This document shows positions 20,466 to 31,985 of a stretch of 64,000 nt of DNA, one piece after another. The stretch comes from Rikenellaceae bacterium (GTDB lineage Bacteria > Bacteroidota > Bacteroidia > Bacteroidales > Rikenellaceae). The stretch covers positions 4,903 through 68,902 of the forward strand of contig JBCQTD010000007.1 in NCBI GenBank assembly GCA_047178725.1, in the 5' to 3' direction. The position numbers and the translations under genes are program-made. Below the pieces are notes generated by a model, which saw only the letters and a program-made list of their open reading frames with translations, had not been told where the DNA came from and made no database searches. The stretch's first letter is position 1. The number at the start of each line of letters is the position of its first letter.

Positions 20466-23231
20466 CTATTTTCTTTTCACCTCAACCTGCTCATATCCCT
20501 CGATAATATCGCCGATCTTAATGTCGTTAAATGACTCAATATTAAGACCGCAATCCATACCATGCTGAACCTCCTTCACATCATCTTTGAAGCGCTTTAG
20601 CGAGCCGAGCTTTCCGGTATAGATAACGATACCCTCGCGGATGATACGAATTGGGGTATTGCGAGTAATCTTACCCTCGCGAACCAAACATCCCGCTACG
20701 GTGCCAACCTTAGAGATCTTAAACACCTCCAAAACCTCGATCGAGCAGACAATCTCCTCCTTCATTATAGGCTCTAGCATACCCTCGATTGCATCCTTAA
20801 TGTCGTTAATTGCGTCATAGATGATAGAGTATAGACGAATCTCGATCTCCTCCTTCTCGGCAATCTTACGCGCAGCAGCCGATGGACGCACCTGGAAGCC
20901 GACGATAATTGCATTTGAGGCGGCGGCCAAAAGCACATCCGATTCAGAGATCTGACCTACGGCAGCGTGAATAACATTCACCTGAACCTCCTCCTTCGAG
21001 AGCTTGATGAGCGAACCAGACATAGCCTCGATAGAGCCATCCACATCACCCTTGATAATGATATTAAGCTCCTTGAACGAGCCGATAGCGATACGACGGC
21101 CAATCTCATCGAGGGTAACATGCTTCTGAGTCATAAGACCCTGCATGCGCTGCAACTGCTCGCGCTTATTGGCTATCTCGCGAGCCGAGCGATCATCCTC
21201 CATAACATTGAAGGTATCACCCGCCTGAGGCGCACCATTAAGACCTAAGACCTGAACCGGTGTCGATGGACCAGCCTTCTCCACCTTGATGCCATTTTCG
21301 TTAAACATCGCTTTTACGCGACCAGTATATACTCCCGATAGGATCACATCGCCCACATTCAAAGTTCCATTCTGAACTAGAATAGTAGAGACATAACCGC
21401 GACCCTTATCAAGCGTAGACTCGATCACAGCGCCCTGCGCCTTTCGATTGGGGTTAGCCTTAAGATCCAGCATCTCTGCCTCCAAAAGCACCTTCTCTAG
21501 CAGCTTATCTAGGTTTAGACCCATCTTGGCTGATACATCCTGGCTCTGGAACTTTCCGCCCCAATCCTCAACCAGGTAGTTCATCTGCGCAAGCTGCTCC
21601 TTGATATGCTCGGGGTTGGCCGCTGGCTTATCGCACTTATTGATTGCAAACACCATAGGCACACCAGCCGCCTGGGCATGATTGATAGCCTCGGTGGTCT
21701 GCGGCATCACACTATCATCCGCCGCAACGATGATAATGGCAACGTCCGTTACCTTTGCTCCACGCGCACGCATCGCCGTAAAGGCCTCGTGACCTGGAGT
21801 ATCTAGGAAGGTGATTCGCTGGCCGTTAAGCTCCGTTGAGTAGGCTCCGATATGCTGTGTGATACCTCCAGCCTCGCCCTCGATAACATTCGCTTTGCGG
21901 ATATTATCCAATAGCGATGTTTTACCGTGGTCAACGTGACCCATCACTGTAACAATTGGTGGACGCGATACGAGGCTCTGCTCATCATCAACATCCTCAT
22001 CCGAGATGGCCTCCTGGATCTCGACAGAGACAAACTCGATCTTATAACCAAACTCCTCAGCAACAACCACTAGCGCCTCTGCATCCAAACGCTGGTTGAT
22101 AGATACCATCAAACCAAGATTCATACACGCTGTGATAACCTGCGTTACAGAGACATTCATCATCGTTGCAAGCTCCGACACGGTAACAAACTCGGTCACC
22201 TTAAGAGTCGAGCGCTCCATCTCCTCGCGAACGATCTCCTCGCTCACCTTATCGGCATAGGCATCGCGCTTATCCTTACGGTATTTTGCACCCTTGCCCT
22301 TAGCGCCCTTAGATGTTAGACGTGCTAGAGTATCCTTTACCTGCTTTGAAACCTCCTCGTCGCTAACCACAGCTCTTACTGCGGGCTTTGCACCCTTACT
22401 GTTGTTGCCTCTTGGATTGTGGTTATTGGCGTGAGGTGCTCCCGCCTTCCCGCCACGCCTATTTTGACCTTGAGCTTGACCCGGCTGCCCGGCTGGCTTC
22501 TGGCCATTTCTATTGCCTTGAGATTGAGCCTGCGCAGCCGGCTTAGCGCCTGCTGCACTCTGGCGATTTACATCCACCTTCTCCTTGCTCAAACGCTTGC
22601 GCTTATGCTTTCCACCCGGCGTGAATGCCGAAACATCCATCGTTCCCAAAACCTGGGGGCCAGATAGAGTATGTGTTGTAGCTCTAAAAATACCATCACT
22701 TTTAGGTGGCTCTGCGACAGGCTGTGGCTCAACTTTTGGTTCGCTTACCACCTGCTCAGGTTCAACCTTTGGGGCTGGCACCTTGATCTTCTGCTCGATC
22801 TTCTGCTCGACCACCTTTGGGGATTCCACTTTTGGGGCTTCCACTTTAGGCTCAACCTTTGGCGTCTGTTTCTTCTTTGGCGAAAGATCTATCTTGCCCA
22901 ATATTTTAGGCTGCTGTAGATTAGCTCTACCATCTATAACATTGCTCTTAATGACCAGCTCCTCTGGCTCAGCCTCAGCCTTCTCACTCTCGATGCTCAC
23001 CGAGGCCTGCTTCTGCGATATTCTTTCACGTACCGAGGCACGCTCATTCCTGTTACTGCGGTTTGCACCAAACTCCTTCTCAAGCACAGAGTACACCTCT
23101 GTCTCGACAATAGAATTTGGCGACCCATCACTCTTGATGCCCCTCTTTTGCAGGAAGTCGGTGATGGTATTAATACCAACCTTAAACTCCTTAGCAACCT
23201 GAATGAGCCTTAATTTCCTCTCGTTACTCAT
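20466..23231 (-). CDS. infB: Translation initiation factor IF-2
   Basis: [46 protein letters not shown]. Confidence 0.99.
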   Translation of the reverse strand: MSNERKLRLIQVAKEFKVGINTITDFLQKRGIKSDGSPNSIVETEVYSVLEKEFGANRSNRNERASVRERISQKQASVSIESEKAEAEPEELVIKSNVIDGRANLQQPKILGKIDLSPKKKQTPKVEPKVEAPKVESPKVVEQKIEQKIKVPAPKVEPEQVVSEPKVEPQPVAEPPKSDGIFRATTHTLSGPQVLGTMDVSAFTPGGKHKRKRLSKEKVDVNRQSAAGAKPAAQAQSQGNRNGQKPAGQPGQAQGQNRRGGKAGAPHANNHNPRGNNSKGAKPAVRAVVSDEEVSKQVKDTLARLTSKGAKGKGAKYRKDKRDAYADKVSEEIVREEMERSTLKVTEFVTVSELATMMNVSVTQVITACMNLGLMVSINQRLDAEALVVVAEEFGYKIEFVSVEIQEAISDEDVDDEQSLVSRPPIVTVMGHVDHGKTSLLDNIRKANVIEGEAGGITQHIGAYSTELNGQRITFLDTPGHEAFTAMRARGAKVTDVAIIIVAADDSVMPQTTEAINHAQAAGVPMVFAINKCDKPAANPEHIKEQLAQMNYLVEDWGGKFQSQDVSAKMGLNLDKLLEKVLLEAEMLDLKANPNRKAQGAVIESTLDKGRGYVSTILVQNGTLNVGDVILSGVYTGRVKAMFNENGIKVEKAGPSTPVQVLGLNGAPQAGDTFNVMEDDRSAREIANKREQLQRMQGLMTQKHVTLDEIGRRIAIGSFKELNIIIKGDVDGSIEAMSGSLIKLSKEEVQVNVIHAAVGQISESDVLLAAASNAIIVGFQVRPSAAARKIAEKEEIEIRLYSIIYDAINDIKDAIEGMLEPIMKEEIVCSIEVLEVFKISKVGTVAGCLVREGKITRNTPIRIIREGIVIYTGKLGSLKRFKDDVKEVQHGMDCGLNIESFNDIKIGDIIEGYEQVEVKRK

Positions 23232-23255
23232 ATTTTATATCTCTCCTAATTTTAA

Positions 23256-24485
23256 TTACTCAAACTCCGCCTTTAGTATTGAAAGCACGCTCTGAGCCTG
23301 CTCGATCTCTAGATCTGCTCTAGTGGCCAACTCCTCGGCACTAAGCTCTAGAACGCTCTTGGCTGTATCACATCCCACAGCACGAAGAGCCTCGATGATC
23401 CAACCTTCTATCTCATCGGAGAACTCCGTAAGAGCCACATCCTCCTCCTCAACCTCGCGGTAAACATCTATATCATAGCCCGTGAGCATCTTCGATAGGC
23501 GAATATTCAATCCACCCTTACCAATAGCAAGCGACACCTGATCTGGCTTAAGGTATACCGACGCTGTCTGGCGCTCCTCGTCAATGGTTATGCTTGAAAC
23601 CTTTGCTGGATTAAGCGCACGCTGGATCATCAGAGAGGTGTTTGCTGTGTAGTTTACAACATCAATATTTTCGTTGCGCAGCTCCTTGACGATAGTATAG
23701 ATACGCGAACCCTTCATACCAACACAAGCGCCCACCGGGTCGATGCGCTCATCGTATGACTCAACGGCCACCTTAGCCCTCTCACCAGGGATACGCACGA
23801 TGCTCTTGATTGTGATAAGCCCGTCGAAGATCTCAGGAACCTCCTGCTCAAAAAGTCGCTCGAGGAATTGGTTTGCTGTACGCGAAAGTATAATGCGTGG
23901 CTGGTTGTTGTTCATCTCCACAGCCTTAATGATCGCCTTGATATTATCTCCTTTGCGATAGAAATCATTTGGAATCTGCTCGGCCTTAGGCAAGATAAGC
24001 TCATTCTCCTCATCATCGAGGATCAAGACCTCCTTCTTCCACACCTGATAAACCTCGCCGGTGATAACCTCACCTACCCGCTGCGAATACCTCTCGAAGA
24101 GGTTCGCCTTCTCGAGATCCAAAATTCTAGAGGCAAGATTCTGTCGCAACGAAAGCACCGCACGACGGCCAAAATCCTTCATCTTCACCTCATCGGCATA
24201 CTCGTCGCCAACCTCATAGGTTGAGTCGATAAGCTTAATCTCAGATACCGAGATCTGGGTATTGGGATTCTCCACGGCGCCATCCTCAACAACTGTACGA
24301 TTTCTCCAGATCTCTAAATCGCCCTTCTCGGGATTGATAATAACGTCGAAATTCTCATCCGACTCATACTGCTTTTGAAGCGCGTGACGAAAGACGTCCT
24401 CCAGCACGCCGATCATCGTACTCTTGTCGATATTCTTCAGCTCCTTGAACTCCGCAAAATTGCTAATCAAATTAAGATTATCCAT
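23256..24485 (-). CDS. nusA: Transcription factor NusA
   Basis: S1 and KH domains, RIPGERAKVAV, DPVGACVG, SLAIGKGGLN; operon context. Confidence 0.98.
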   Translation of the reverse strand: MDNLNLISNFAEFKELKNIDKSTMIGVLEDVFRHALQKQYESDENFDVIINPEKGDLEIWRNRTVVEDGAVENPNTQISVSEIKLIDSTYEVGDEYADEVKMKDFGRRAVLSLRQNLASRILDLEKANLFERYSQRVGEVITGEVYQVWKKEVLILDDEENELILPKAEQIPNDFYRKGDNIKAIIKAVEMNNNQPRIILSRTANQFLERLFEQEVPEIFDGLITIKSIVRIPGERAKVAVESYDERIDPVGACVGMKGSRIYTIVKELRNENIDVVNYTANTSLMIQRALNPAKVSSITIDEERQTASVYLKPDQVSLAIGKGGLNIRLSKMLTGYDIDVYREVEEEDVALTEFSDEIEGWIIEALRAVGCDTAKSVLELSAEELATRADLEIEQAQSVLSILKAEFE

Positions 24486-24513
24486 TCTATACCTCTATAT
24501 TATTTTATATTAT

Positions 24514-24990
24514 TTATTTAAAATCTAAATACTCTTTGGTGTACTTGATCTGCTCAAAACTATACTCCTCCTCGAGCCCAACCATCTGCTTTTTGCGCTT
24601 CCCGGCGGCAGTCTCGACCACCTGCTGCTTCTGGTAGTAGATCTTTATACCTTGCTCATCGGCCGAGATAAGCTTGGCTATAATCTTCACTCCGCTAAAT
24701 AGTAAAACCTCTACCGAACGATCTATCAACTTATTAAATTGTCGAAGATCTTTAAGCTCTGAGCCGATTCCGGCCGACGCTACAGTGAGTGCAAAATCCT
24801 CCTCCTCGCGATCAAACTCCTCCTCTACGGCTCTGCTAAGGGCTATGCAGTCATCTATCAAAATAGAGCCCGTGCTATCTATAAGCAGCTCCACATCATT
24901 CATGTGAGAGCATGTACACCCCACCACAAACATCTCTGTATCAGCGAGTTTTGCCTCCGCCACAGCTTTAATCTTATCGCAATCTATCAT
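24514..24990 (-). CDS. rimP: Ribosome maturation factor RimP
   Basis: IDDCIALSR, LTVASAG motifs; first gene of rimP-nusA-infB. Confidence 0.93.
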   Translation of the reverse strand: MIDCDKIKAVAEAKLADTEMFVVGCTCSHMNDVELLIDSTGSILIDDCIALSRAVEEEFDREEEDFALTVASAGIGSELKDLRQFNKLIDRSVEVLLFSGVKIIAKLISADEQGIKIYYQKQQVVETAAGKRKKQMVGLEEEYSFEQIKYTKEYLDFK

Positions 24991-25018
24991 CTTTATACAC
25001 AATATTATAAACTACGAA

Positions 25019-25043
25019 ATAAGGGGACTCTCTGTCCCCTTAT
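25019..25043 (-). promoter_or_regulatory. rimP leader hairpin
   Basis: Perfect stem ATAAGGGGAC-N5-GTCCCCTTAT about 30 nt upstream of rimP and downstream of a TATCTTTG -7 box; a rimP leader hairpin is widely conserved. Confidence 0.7.
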
Positions 25044-25115
25044 CCACGTTATTGTAACCACTTTTGCAAAGATATAAATAAAATATCTATTTAGCAAATA
25101 TATAGCCTAAAATTA

Positions 25116-25901
25116 TCACTCCGACACAGCTGCAGGCTTACACACACCGCGCTGAGAGCCACGCACAAAGCCAACCAGCAGATCGCGCGAGGCGCTCTGT
25201 GGAATCTCTGCCTCCACTTTATCACAACCACTCATATAATCTAATCCGCTCTGGAAAAGAATCCTAGAGGCCTCGTGAATCTGGGTTATCTCCTCGGCAG
25301 AGAATCCTCTGCGACTAAGCCCCAGACGATTAACAGCAAAGAAACGTACTGGCTCACCGCCAACCGTGGCAAATGGAGGAATATCCTTAGCGATAAGTGA
25401 TCCTCCACGAATCATTGAGTGCGCGCCAACTTTCACCCATTGGTGAATAGCCACATGGCCGCCAATAACACTCCAGTCGCCAACTTCGACCTCGCCCGCT
25501 AGCGATACTCTATTTGCGATAACACAATGGCTACCAACAACATCATCATGAGCAATATGAACATAGGCCATAAGCAGATTGTGATCGCCAACCACCGTTT
25601 TGCCCTTAGATGCTGTACCGCGCGAAATGGTAACACACTCGCGGATATCGTTATAATCGCCGATTTCAGTTGTGGTATACTCGCCATCGAATTTTAGATC
25701 CTGCGGGAGACATGATACCGATGCTGCTGTATGTATCTTACACCCCTTACCGATGCGAGCACCATCATGAATTACCGCCCCGGGGCCGATCCAACAATCA
25801 TCACCAATCACAACATCTGCTGCAATATAGGCAAATGGTTCTACTGTTACACCCGCACCTAGCTTGGCGTCGGGATGAACAAACGCTCTATCACTTATCA
25901 T
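25116..25901 (-). CDS. lpxA: UDP-N-acetylglucosamine acyltransferase
   Basis: Hexapeptide repeats, PQDLKF, IRECVTISRGT, HIAHD. Confidence 0.96.
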   Translation of the reverse strand: MISDRAFVHPDAKLGAGVTVEPFAYIAADVVIGDDCWIGPGAVIHDGARIGKGCKIHTAASVSCLPQDLKFDGEYTTTEIGDYNDIRECVTISRGTASKGKTVVGDHNLLMAYVHIAHDDVVGSHCVIANRVSLAGEVEVGDWSVIGGHVAIHQWVKVGAHSMIRGGSLIAKDIPPFATVGGEPVRFFAVNRLGLSRRGFSAEEITQIHEASRILFQSGLDYMSGCDKVEAEIPQSASRDLLVGFVRGSQRGVCKPAAVSE

Positions 25902-25911
25902 AACATCAATA

Positions 25912-27300
25912 TTATTTGTTCTTAACAATCTGCGCCATCATAGTGGCCTCACACGCGAGAGTCTTGCCCACGAAAGCTTTGCCCTCCATGGTTGCAATGC
26001 CACGACGAATAGGCTCAACAAGACGCAACTCAAACTGAAGAGTGTCGCCAGGAACCACCTTGCGCTTAAATTTCACGCCATCAATCTTCATGAAATATGT
26101 AGAGTAGGTCTCGGGATCCTTAATGCCAGCAAGAACCATAATGCCGCTGCACTGCGCCATAGCCTCTACGATCAACACCCCCGGCATTACTGGCTCTTCG
26201 GGGAAGTGACCAACGAAGAATGGCTCATTCATCGTTACATTCTTGATGCCTGCGATCGACTTCTCATCAACATGGAAGATCTTATCCACAAGCAAGAATG
26301 GTGGGCGGTGCGGCAAGAGCTTACGAATGGCATTTACATCAAAGACCGGCGGCTGCTCTACATTATAGCGAAAGCGTGGGCGATCGACCTTCTTATTTAG
26401 CGAGCGCGAGATCTGCTTAATAAATTCGGTGTTGGCATAGTGCCCCGGGCGCGTTGCTACTACCCTACCTACGATTCTCTTTCCTAGAAGCGCGAAGTCT
26501 CCTAGTAGATCCAGCAGCTTATGACGTGCTAGCTCATTGGTATAGCGGAGCTCTAGATTATTTAAATATCCACCTGTAATGGTGATATCCTCCTTATTGA
26601 ATAGCGACTTTAGGTGTGTAAGCTGATCCTCACCTACGGGATTCTCTACCACAACGATAGCGTTATCAAGATCTCCGCCCTTGATTAGATCCATCTTCAT
26701 CAGCGGCTCAAGCTCATGCAGGAATACGAAGGTGCGACATGAGGCGATCTTCTCTGCATAGCTATCCTCTGGCGTGTATGTTGCATACTGATTGCCGATA
26801 ACCTTAGAATTATAGTCAACATGAACCGTTGCAGAAAACTCATCATCAGGATATATAGAGATCTCCACCCCCTTGTCGGCGATGGTATAATTGAGCTTTT
26901 CGTTAACCACAAAACAGGCACGCTCTGCGCTCTGCTCAACGATGCCAGCTTCGAGTATCTTGGCTGCATACTCGCGCGCAGAGCCATCCATAATCGGAGT
27001 TTCGGGGGCATCAATCTCGATGATGGCATTATCCACACCGAGTGTCCAAAGTGCCGATACTATGTGCTCGATAGTCGAAACGCGATAACCATTTTGCTCA
27101 ATGGTTGTACCGCGCGAGGTATCTACTACATACTCGCTGAGGGCTGGAATCTCCGGCGCACCCTCGATATCCACTCTCTTAAATACAATTCCACAATCTA
27201 CCTGGGCAGGGATAACTCTCATGGTTACATTTGCGCCAGTATGCAAACCCTTGCCGCTAAATGAGATAGCCGAGTTAAGTGTCTGTTGATTTGATGACAT
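25912..27300 (-). CDS. lpxC-fabZ: Bifunctional LpxC/FabZ
   Basis: [18 protein letters not shown] (LpxC) fused to [29 protein letters not shown] (FabZ). Confidence 0.97.
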   Translation of the reverse strand: MSSNQQTLNSAISFSGKGLHTGANVTMRVIPAQVDCGIVFKRVDIEGAPEIPALSEYVVDTSRGTTIEQNGYRVSTIEHIVSALWTLGVDNAIIEIDAPETPIMDGSAREYAAKILEAGIVEQSAERACFVVNEKLNYTIADKGVEISIYPDDEFSATVHVDYNSKVIGNQYATYTPEDSYAEKIASCRTFVFLHELEPLMKMDLIKGGDLDNAIVVVENPVGEDQLTHLKSLFNKEDITITGGYLNNLELRYTNELARHKLLDLLGDFALLGKRIVGRVVATRPGHYANTEFIKQISRSLNKKVDRPRFRYNVEQPPVFDVNAIRKLLPHRPPFLLVDKIFHVDEKSIAGIKNVTMNEPFFVGHFPEEPVMPGVLIVEAMAQCSGIMVLAGIKDPETYSTYFMKIDGVKFKRKVVPGDTLQFELRLVEPIRRGIATMEGKAFVGKTLACEATMMAQIVKNK

Positions 27301-27392
27301 AATATAATGGTTGTTTTTATTTTAAATGCAAAGATATGATTTTTTGATTAAAATATAGTATTTTCGCAAAGATAAACTGAGATAATGCAATA

Positions 27393-28211
27393 ATGAGTAA
27401 AAATACGTCTGAAATACACACTATTAAAAAGCCGCTAAACCTCCCCTTTTTACCCCGAGAATTTAACCTCGGAGAGTGGGCCTATGACCACAGATTCGGT
27501 CTATTTGTCACCATTATAACATATCTACTAGCATCTATAATGTTTGTCAGCACCAAGATATACACCTCGCTAACTCAGCCCCCTGAGGAGCTATTTATTG
27601 CTCTAGAGGAGGTGCTAGAGATAGAGAAAAAGAGGGATGAGGCCAAAGAGCAGATAATAGAGCTAGAGCAAAGCGAGCAGATTGACTACAGCGAGGTGGC
27701 AAATGCACGATCTAATGAGGCGGCCGAGCACGAGCAGATGATCAAAGAGATTGAGGCACGTAATAGCGACCTTTTAGAGGAGGCCAAGAGAATACAGCAG
27801 CAGATCGAAGCCAATAGAGCTGAGTATAATAGTGGTCTTGCCCAAGCGGCAGCCATACAAGATCAGATTGGCATGAGCGAGAAGAGCCATAGTGAAGCCG
27901 ATACCGATATGGTTGCAGAGGATGGCAAGGCAAAAGGCAATGTCACAGTATCATACTCGCTTATCAACCCCGTGCGCCACGCCAGACGACTCGTCGTGCC
28001 ATCATATAGATGCCAGGGCGGGGGCAAGGTTATCGTCTCTATTGTGGTTGATCGCTATGGCCGTGTAGAGGATGCTAAGATTATGCAGGGTGGCGACGAA
28101 TGCATGCAGCAGAGCGCCCTCTACTCAGCCCTGAAATCAGACTTCAACGCCGACAATGCAGCCCCGATGCGCCATCGCGGAACTATCACCTACATCTTTG
28201 TTGCGCAGTAA
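27393..28211 (+). CDS. TonB-family energy transducer-like protein
   Basis: Single N-terminal TM helix, charged helical linker, TonB C-terminal pattern (GKVIVSIVVDRYGRV...GTITYIF). Confidence 0.75.
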   Translation: MSKNTSEIHTIKKPLNLPFLPREFNLGEWAYDHRFGLFVTIITYLLASIMFVSTKIYTSLTQPPEELFIALEEVLEIEKKRDEAKEQIIELEQSEQIDYSEVANARSNEAAEHEQMIKEIEARNSDLLEEAKRIQQQIEANRAEYNSGLAQAAAIQDQIGMSEKSHSEADTDMVAEDGKAKGNVTVSYSLINPVRHARRLVVPSYRCQGGGKVIVSIVVDRYGRVEDAKIMQGGDECMQQSALYSALKSDFNADNAAPMRHRGTITYIFVAQ

Positions 28212-28218
28212 TCTCAAC

Positions 28219-28297
28219 AAAAAAACGCCCTGAACCACCTCGTTTATCGAATGATGGATCAGGGCAATTATAGGGGAGTTCTAATCTCTCCCCTATA
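28219..28297. terminator. Two adjacent hairpins between convergent genes
   Basis: GCCCTGA...TCAGGGC preceded by an A-run, and TATAGGGGAG...CTCCCCTATA. Confidence 0.6.
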
Positions 28298-28312
28298 GTT
28301 AAATCCCCAGAA

Positions 28313-29956
28313 CTACTTCTTCTTGGCAGCAGCCTTAGCCTTAGCCATCGCTGCGCGACGTGCGGCGAATGCCGCCTGCATGGCATCTAAGGCCTCCTTA
28401 TTGTTTACATAGAAACGTGTTTGACCATAACCCTTGGCGCACTCCGCCTCCAGCTGCGCCTGCAGCTTAGCGGCGATCTCGGGATTTGCATCTATAACAT
28501 TGTTCTGCTCCATAGGATCCTCCTTGGTGTTGAAGAGCTCAAAGCACTTAGCCTTAAAGTAGTAGCGAAGCTTCCACTCCTCATTATTGACAATCATAGG
28601 GCCACCTACCTGCGAGTCGGTAATTACATACTTATCCTTCTTAAGTGGTTTTTGATCCATCAGCTCAGAAAGATATGACGAGCCACTCTTTGCCACCTTT
28701 AGCTTCACACCGAGCATATCGGCCATAGTTGGCAGCAGGTCGTAGTTGGCGATAAGCTGATCCGAAACACGGGGCTCAAGGTGCCCCTTCCAGTAGAATG
28801 CCCATGGCACATTCACTCCACCATCAAGGTTGCTGCGCTTGTAGCCCGAAGTTGAACCATTACCGTTGAAACGGTCGCCACCGGTTACGCTATTAAACTT
28901 ATTTTTGTAGTCGTCAAACGCCTCACCTGTAATAAGGTTGATATCGTTCGATGTGCGTCCCTCGCTATCGTAGTATACGCGGTGGCCATTGTCGGCCGAG
29001 AAGATTACGATGGTATTCTCCAAGATACCAGCGCTCTCTAGCTTATCCAGGATAGCGCCCACATTATCGTCCAACTTCTTAACCATCGAGGCGTACTCCT
29101 TCTCGATCTGCGTTAGCTCATGATTAGCCAAAAGCTCTGGATGAATAGCCGGGATAGATACTGGGCCATGAGGTAGGATAGATGGGTAGTATAGGAAGAA
29201 CTGCTCATCTTTGTTCTCCTCGATATAATTTACGATATGATCCACAAATAGATCCTCGCAGTAGACCTTCTTACCCTCCATATTCCACCTGGCGGCGGTT
29301 GCCTCGGGCGAATCGCCATTTAGGGTTACACCTGCATTGGGGTCTGTATTACCCTCGATTAACTCCATTCTACCATCTGTGAATAGGAACGAGGGATAGA
29401 AACCATGGCAGCGCTGGTGATCGAGATAGCCATAGTAGTGATCCCATCCTCGCGCGGCCATCTGCTTGCGCGTTGAGAGGAATCCCCACTCGAGCTTACC
29501 GACAGCAGCTGTTTTATATCCGGCAGCCTTAAAGACCTTAGCTAGGGTTAGATCATCCTTTGCATAGGTTAGATCGGCATCATTGATCTTCTTCTCGGCG
29601 GCGGCGATAAGCGTTGTGTCGGCCACACAATATGGCCCACCATAGGTCTGCTTATACTTATCGTTTCGACAGTCGTTATAACCCGTCAAGAGCGAGGCGC
29701 GCGCCGGCGCTGAGTAGGCCGAGCTATAGGCGTTATCATACTTAACACCCTGCTCTACGATACGATCTATGTTTGGAGTAGTTAGATGCTTCTGACCATT
29801 GCACGAGAGCATCCCCTTGCCTAGATCGTCGGCATAGATAAATACAACATTCGGGGTTTTGGGCTTTGCAGCAGCTGTTAGGCATGAGCACGCAGCTACA
29901 AGAGTTAGCGCACCAACTGATAGTGTGGTGGCTCGTGGTTTTAGTTTTGAGTCCAT
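28313..29956 (-). CDS. Ser-type S1 sulfatase, exported
   Basis: NVVFIYADDLG, TPNID, SAPARASLLTG (S-x-P-x-R), GK, SADNG motifs. Confidence 0.92.
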   Translation of the reverse strand: MDSKLKPRATTLSVGALTLVAACSCLTAAAKPKTPNVVFIYADDLGKGMLSCNGQKHLTTPNIDRIVEQGVKYDNAYSSAYSAPARASLLTGYNDCRNDKYKQTYGGPYCVADTTLIAAAEKKINDADLTYAKDDLTLAKVFKAAGYKTAAVGKLEWGFLSTRKQMAARGWDHYYGYLDHQRCHGFYPSFLFTDGRMELIEGNTDPNAGVTLNGDSPEATAARWNMEGKKVYCEDLFVDHIVNYIEENKDEQFFLYYPSILPHGPVSIPAIHPELLANHELTQIEKEYASMVKKLDDNVGAILDKLESAGILENTIVIFSADNGHRVYYDSEGRTSNDINLITGEAFDDYKNKFNSVTGGDRFNGNGSTSGYKRSNLDGGVNVPWAFYWKGHLEPRVSDQLIANYDLLPTMADMLGVKLKVAKSGSSYLSELMDQKPLKKDKYVITDSQVGGPMIVNNEEWKLRYYFKAKCFELFNTKEDPMEQNNVIDANPEIAAKLQAQLEAECAKGYGQTRFYVNNKEALDAMQAAFAARRAAMAKAKAAAKKK

Positions 29957-30023
29957 TTTTTAGATTTAGTTTGGTAATGGGCACAAAATTAGCAAAAAAA
30001 TCACCTCTATCAAAGTGAAAGAT

Positions 30024-30055
30024 AAAAAAAGTGAGCAACCGCATGGTTACTCACT
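30024..30055 (-). terminator. nqr operon terminator
   Basis: Minus strand AGTGAGTAACC-ATGC-GGTTGCTCACT followed by a T-run. Confidence 0.85.
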
Positions 30056-30077
30056 CTTATCACCTTCTTAGCTATGA

Positions 30078-31343
30078 TTAGCTACCGAAGTTATCATAGA
30101 GGATGTTCTCAGGTGGAACACCCAAACTATCAAGCATGCTTACCACGGCACCGATCATCATCGGAGGTCCACACATAAGGTATAGACAGCCCTCTGGATC
30201 CTCGTGGTTTTTCAGGTAGTTCTCAAGTAGCACCTGGTGAACAAATCCCGCGGTATAGTTAACGCCAGCGGCATCTGCCTCTGGATCTGGACGGTCAAGA
30301 GCAAGGTTGAACGAGAAGTTTGAGTACTCGTCGATGATCTCCTGGAAGTCATCCATGTATGGAACCTCCTTCAAGGCGCGAGCACCATACCAGAACGAAA
30401 CCGGCATAGTCTTGGTCTTGATGCGCTTGAATAGATCCATGATGTGGCTACGCATTGGAGCCATACCTGCACCACCACCGATGAATACTAGCTCCTGGGT
30501 GTCGCTGATATTATCTGGCAAGAAGAACTCACCGTAAGGGCCCGATACTGTAACCTTATCTCCTGGCTTGCGCGAGTAGATATATGAAGAGCAGATACCT
30601 GGGTTTACATTCTCAAATCCACCTGTTGCACGGTTGAATGGAGGGGTTGCGATACGGATATTAAGCATCACAATATTACCCTCAGATGGGTGGTTGGCCA
30701 TAGAGTAGGCGCGATATGTTGGCTCAGGGTTCTTAGTCGATAGCGACCAAAGATTCATCTTATCCCAATCCTCGCGGAATCTATCCTCAACCTCCATATC
30801 GGTGAACTTGATCTCGTCGTACTTAGGCACGTCGATCTGGATATAACCTCCCGAACGGAAGTTAAGCGACTCTCCCTCTGGAAGCTTAACGACAAACTCC
30901 TTAAGGAAGGTAGAGATGCTGCGGTTAGAGACAACCTCGCACTCCCACTTCTTAACACCAAGAACCTCCTCAGAGACCTGGATCTTCATATCCTCCTTCA
31001 CCTTCACCTGGCAACCTAGGCGCCAGTGATCCTTCTGCATCTTGCGGTTGATAAAGCCAGTCTCAGTTGGGAGGATCTCGCCTCCGCCCTCAAGCACCTG
31101 GCACTTACACATACCACATGAGCCACCACCACCACAAGCCGATGGCAAGAAGATCTGATTCTCAGCAAGGGTGTTGAGAAGCGTAGAACCACTCTCGGTT
31201 GTGATGATCTTCTCGCCACCATTGATGTCGATAGTCACCTCGCCCGAAGATGTTAGTTTTGCCTTTGCAAAGAGAAGTAGACCCACCAAAGCGAGGGTAA
31301 CCACTAGAAAGGCAATAATCGAAACGATAATTGTTAATTGCAT
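30078..31343 (-). CDS. nqrF: Na+-translocating NADH:quinone reductase subunit F
   Basis: [12 protein letters not shown] 2Fe-2S motif, [23 protein letters not shown]. Confidence 0.98.
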   Translation of the reverse strand: MQLTIIVSIIAFLVVTLALVGLLLFAKAKLTSSGEVTIDINGGEKIITTESGSTLLNTLAENQIFLPSACGGGGSCGMCKCQVLEGGGEILPTETGFINRKMQKDHWRLGCQVKVKEDMKIQVSEEVLGVKKWECEVVSNRSISTFLKEFVVKLPEGESLNFRSGGYIQIDVPKYDEIKFTDMEVEDRFREDWDKMNLWSLSTKNPEPTYRAYSMANHPSEGNIVMLNIRIATPPFNRATGGFENVNPGICSSYIYSRKPGDKVTVSGPYGEFFLPDNISDTQELVFIGGGAGMAPMRSHIMDLFKRIKTKTMPVSFWYGARALKEVPYMDDFQEIIDEYSNFSFNLALDRPDPEADAAGVNYTAGFVHQVLLENYLKNHEDPEGCLYLMCGPPMMIGAVVSMLDSLGVPPENILYDNFGS

Positions 31344-31363
31344 ATTCTTATTCTCTTTAAAGG

Positions 31364-31972
31364 TTACAATTTAATTCCCGAGAACATCAAAAAGGCCATA
31401 CCCATCAAACCAGTGATGATGAAGGTGATACCTGGGCCCTTAAGTGCTGGTGGAATGTGAGAGTACTGAGTCTTCTCGCGGATAGCGGCCATCATGATGA
31501 TAGCCAGCCACCAACCAATACCAGATCCTAGACCGTAGACTAGAGAGTCTGTGAGTGAAGAGATCTCGCCCGAATCAACCTTCTGCTGCATAAAGAGCGA
31601 ACCACCCATGATGGCGCAGTTTACGGCGATAAGTGGAAGGAAGATACCAAGCTGATTGTAGAGGGTTGGCGAGAACTTCTCGACAATCATCTCAACAAGC
31701 TGCACGAACGAGGCGATAACAGCGATAAAGACGATAAAGGTCAAGAAGCTAAGATCAACACCCTCGACAAGGGCATCGGCCGCAAGGACATACTCATTGA
31801 GCAGATAGTTAAGGGGCACGGTCATAACCATTACGAAGGTAACGGCGGCACCTAGACCCAACGCTGTCTTAACGCTCTTCGATACGGCAATGTATGAACA
31901 CATACCGAAGAAGAAGGCGAAGACCATATTGTCGATAAAGATCGACTTAATAAATAGATTTAAAGTTTCCAT
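31364..31972 (-). CDS. nqrE: Na+-NQR subunit E
   Basis: FFGMCSYIAVSK, GIFLPLIAVNCAI. Confidence 0.97.
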   Translation of the reverse strand: METLNLFIKSIFIDNMVFAFFFGMCSYIAVSKSVKTALGLGAAVTFVMVMTVPLNYLLNEYVLAADALVEGVDLSFLTFIVFIAVIASFVQLVEMIVEKFSPTLYNQLGIFLPLIAVNCAIMGGSLFMQQKVDSGEISSLTDSLVYGLGSGIGWWLAIIMMAAIREKTQYSHIPPALKGPGITFIITGLMGMAFLMFSGIKL

Positions 31973-31985
31973 ATCTTATAGCCTC

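Noticed and set aside
22585-23202. 205-aa antisense ORF and PKVE repeats within infB
   Set aside because: Shadow of the low-complexity IF-2 N-terminal linker; no independent coding evidence.
25912-27300. LpxC-FabZ fusion as a novelty
   Set aside because: Well-known standard arrangement in Bacteroidota.
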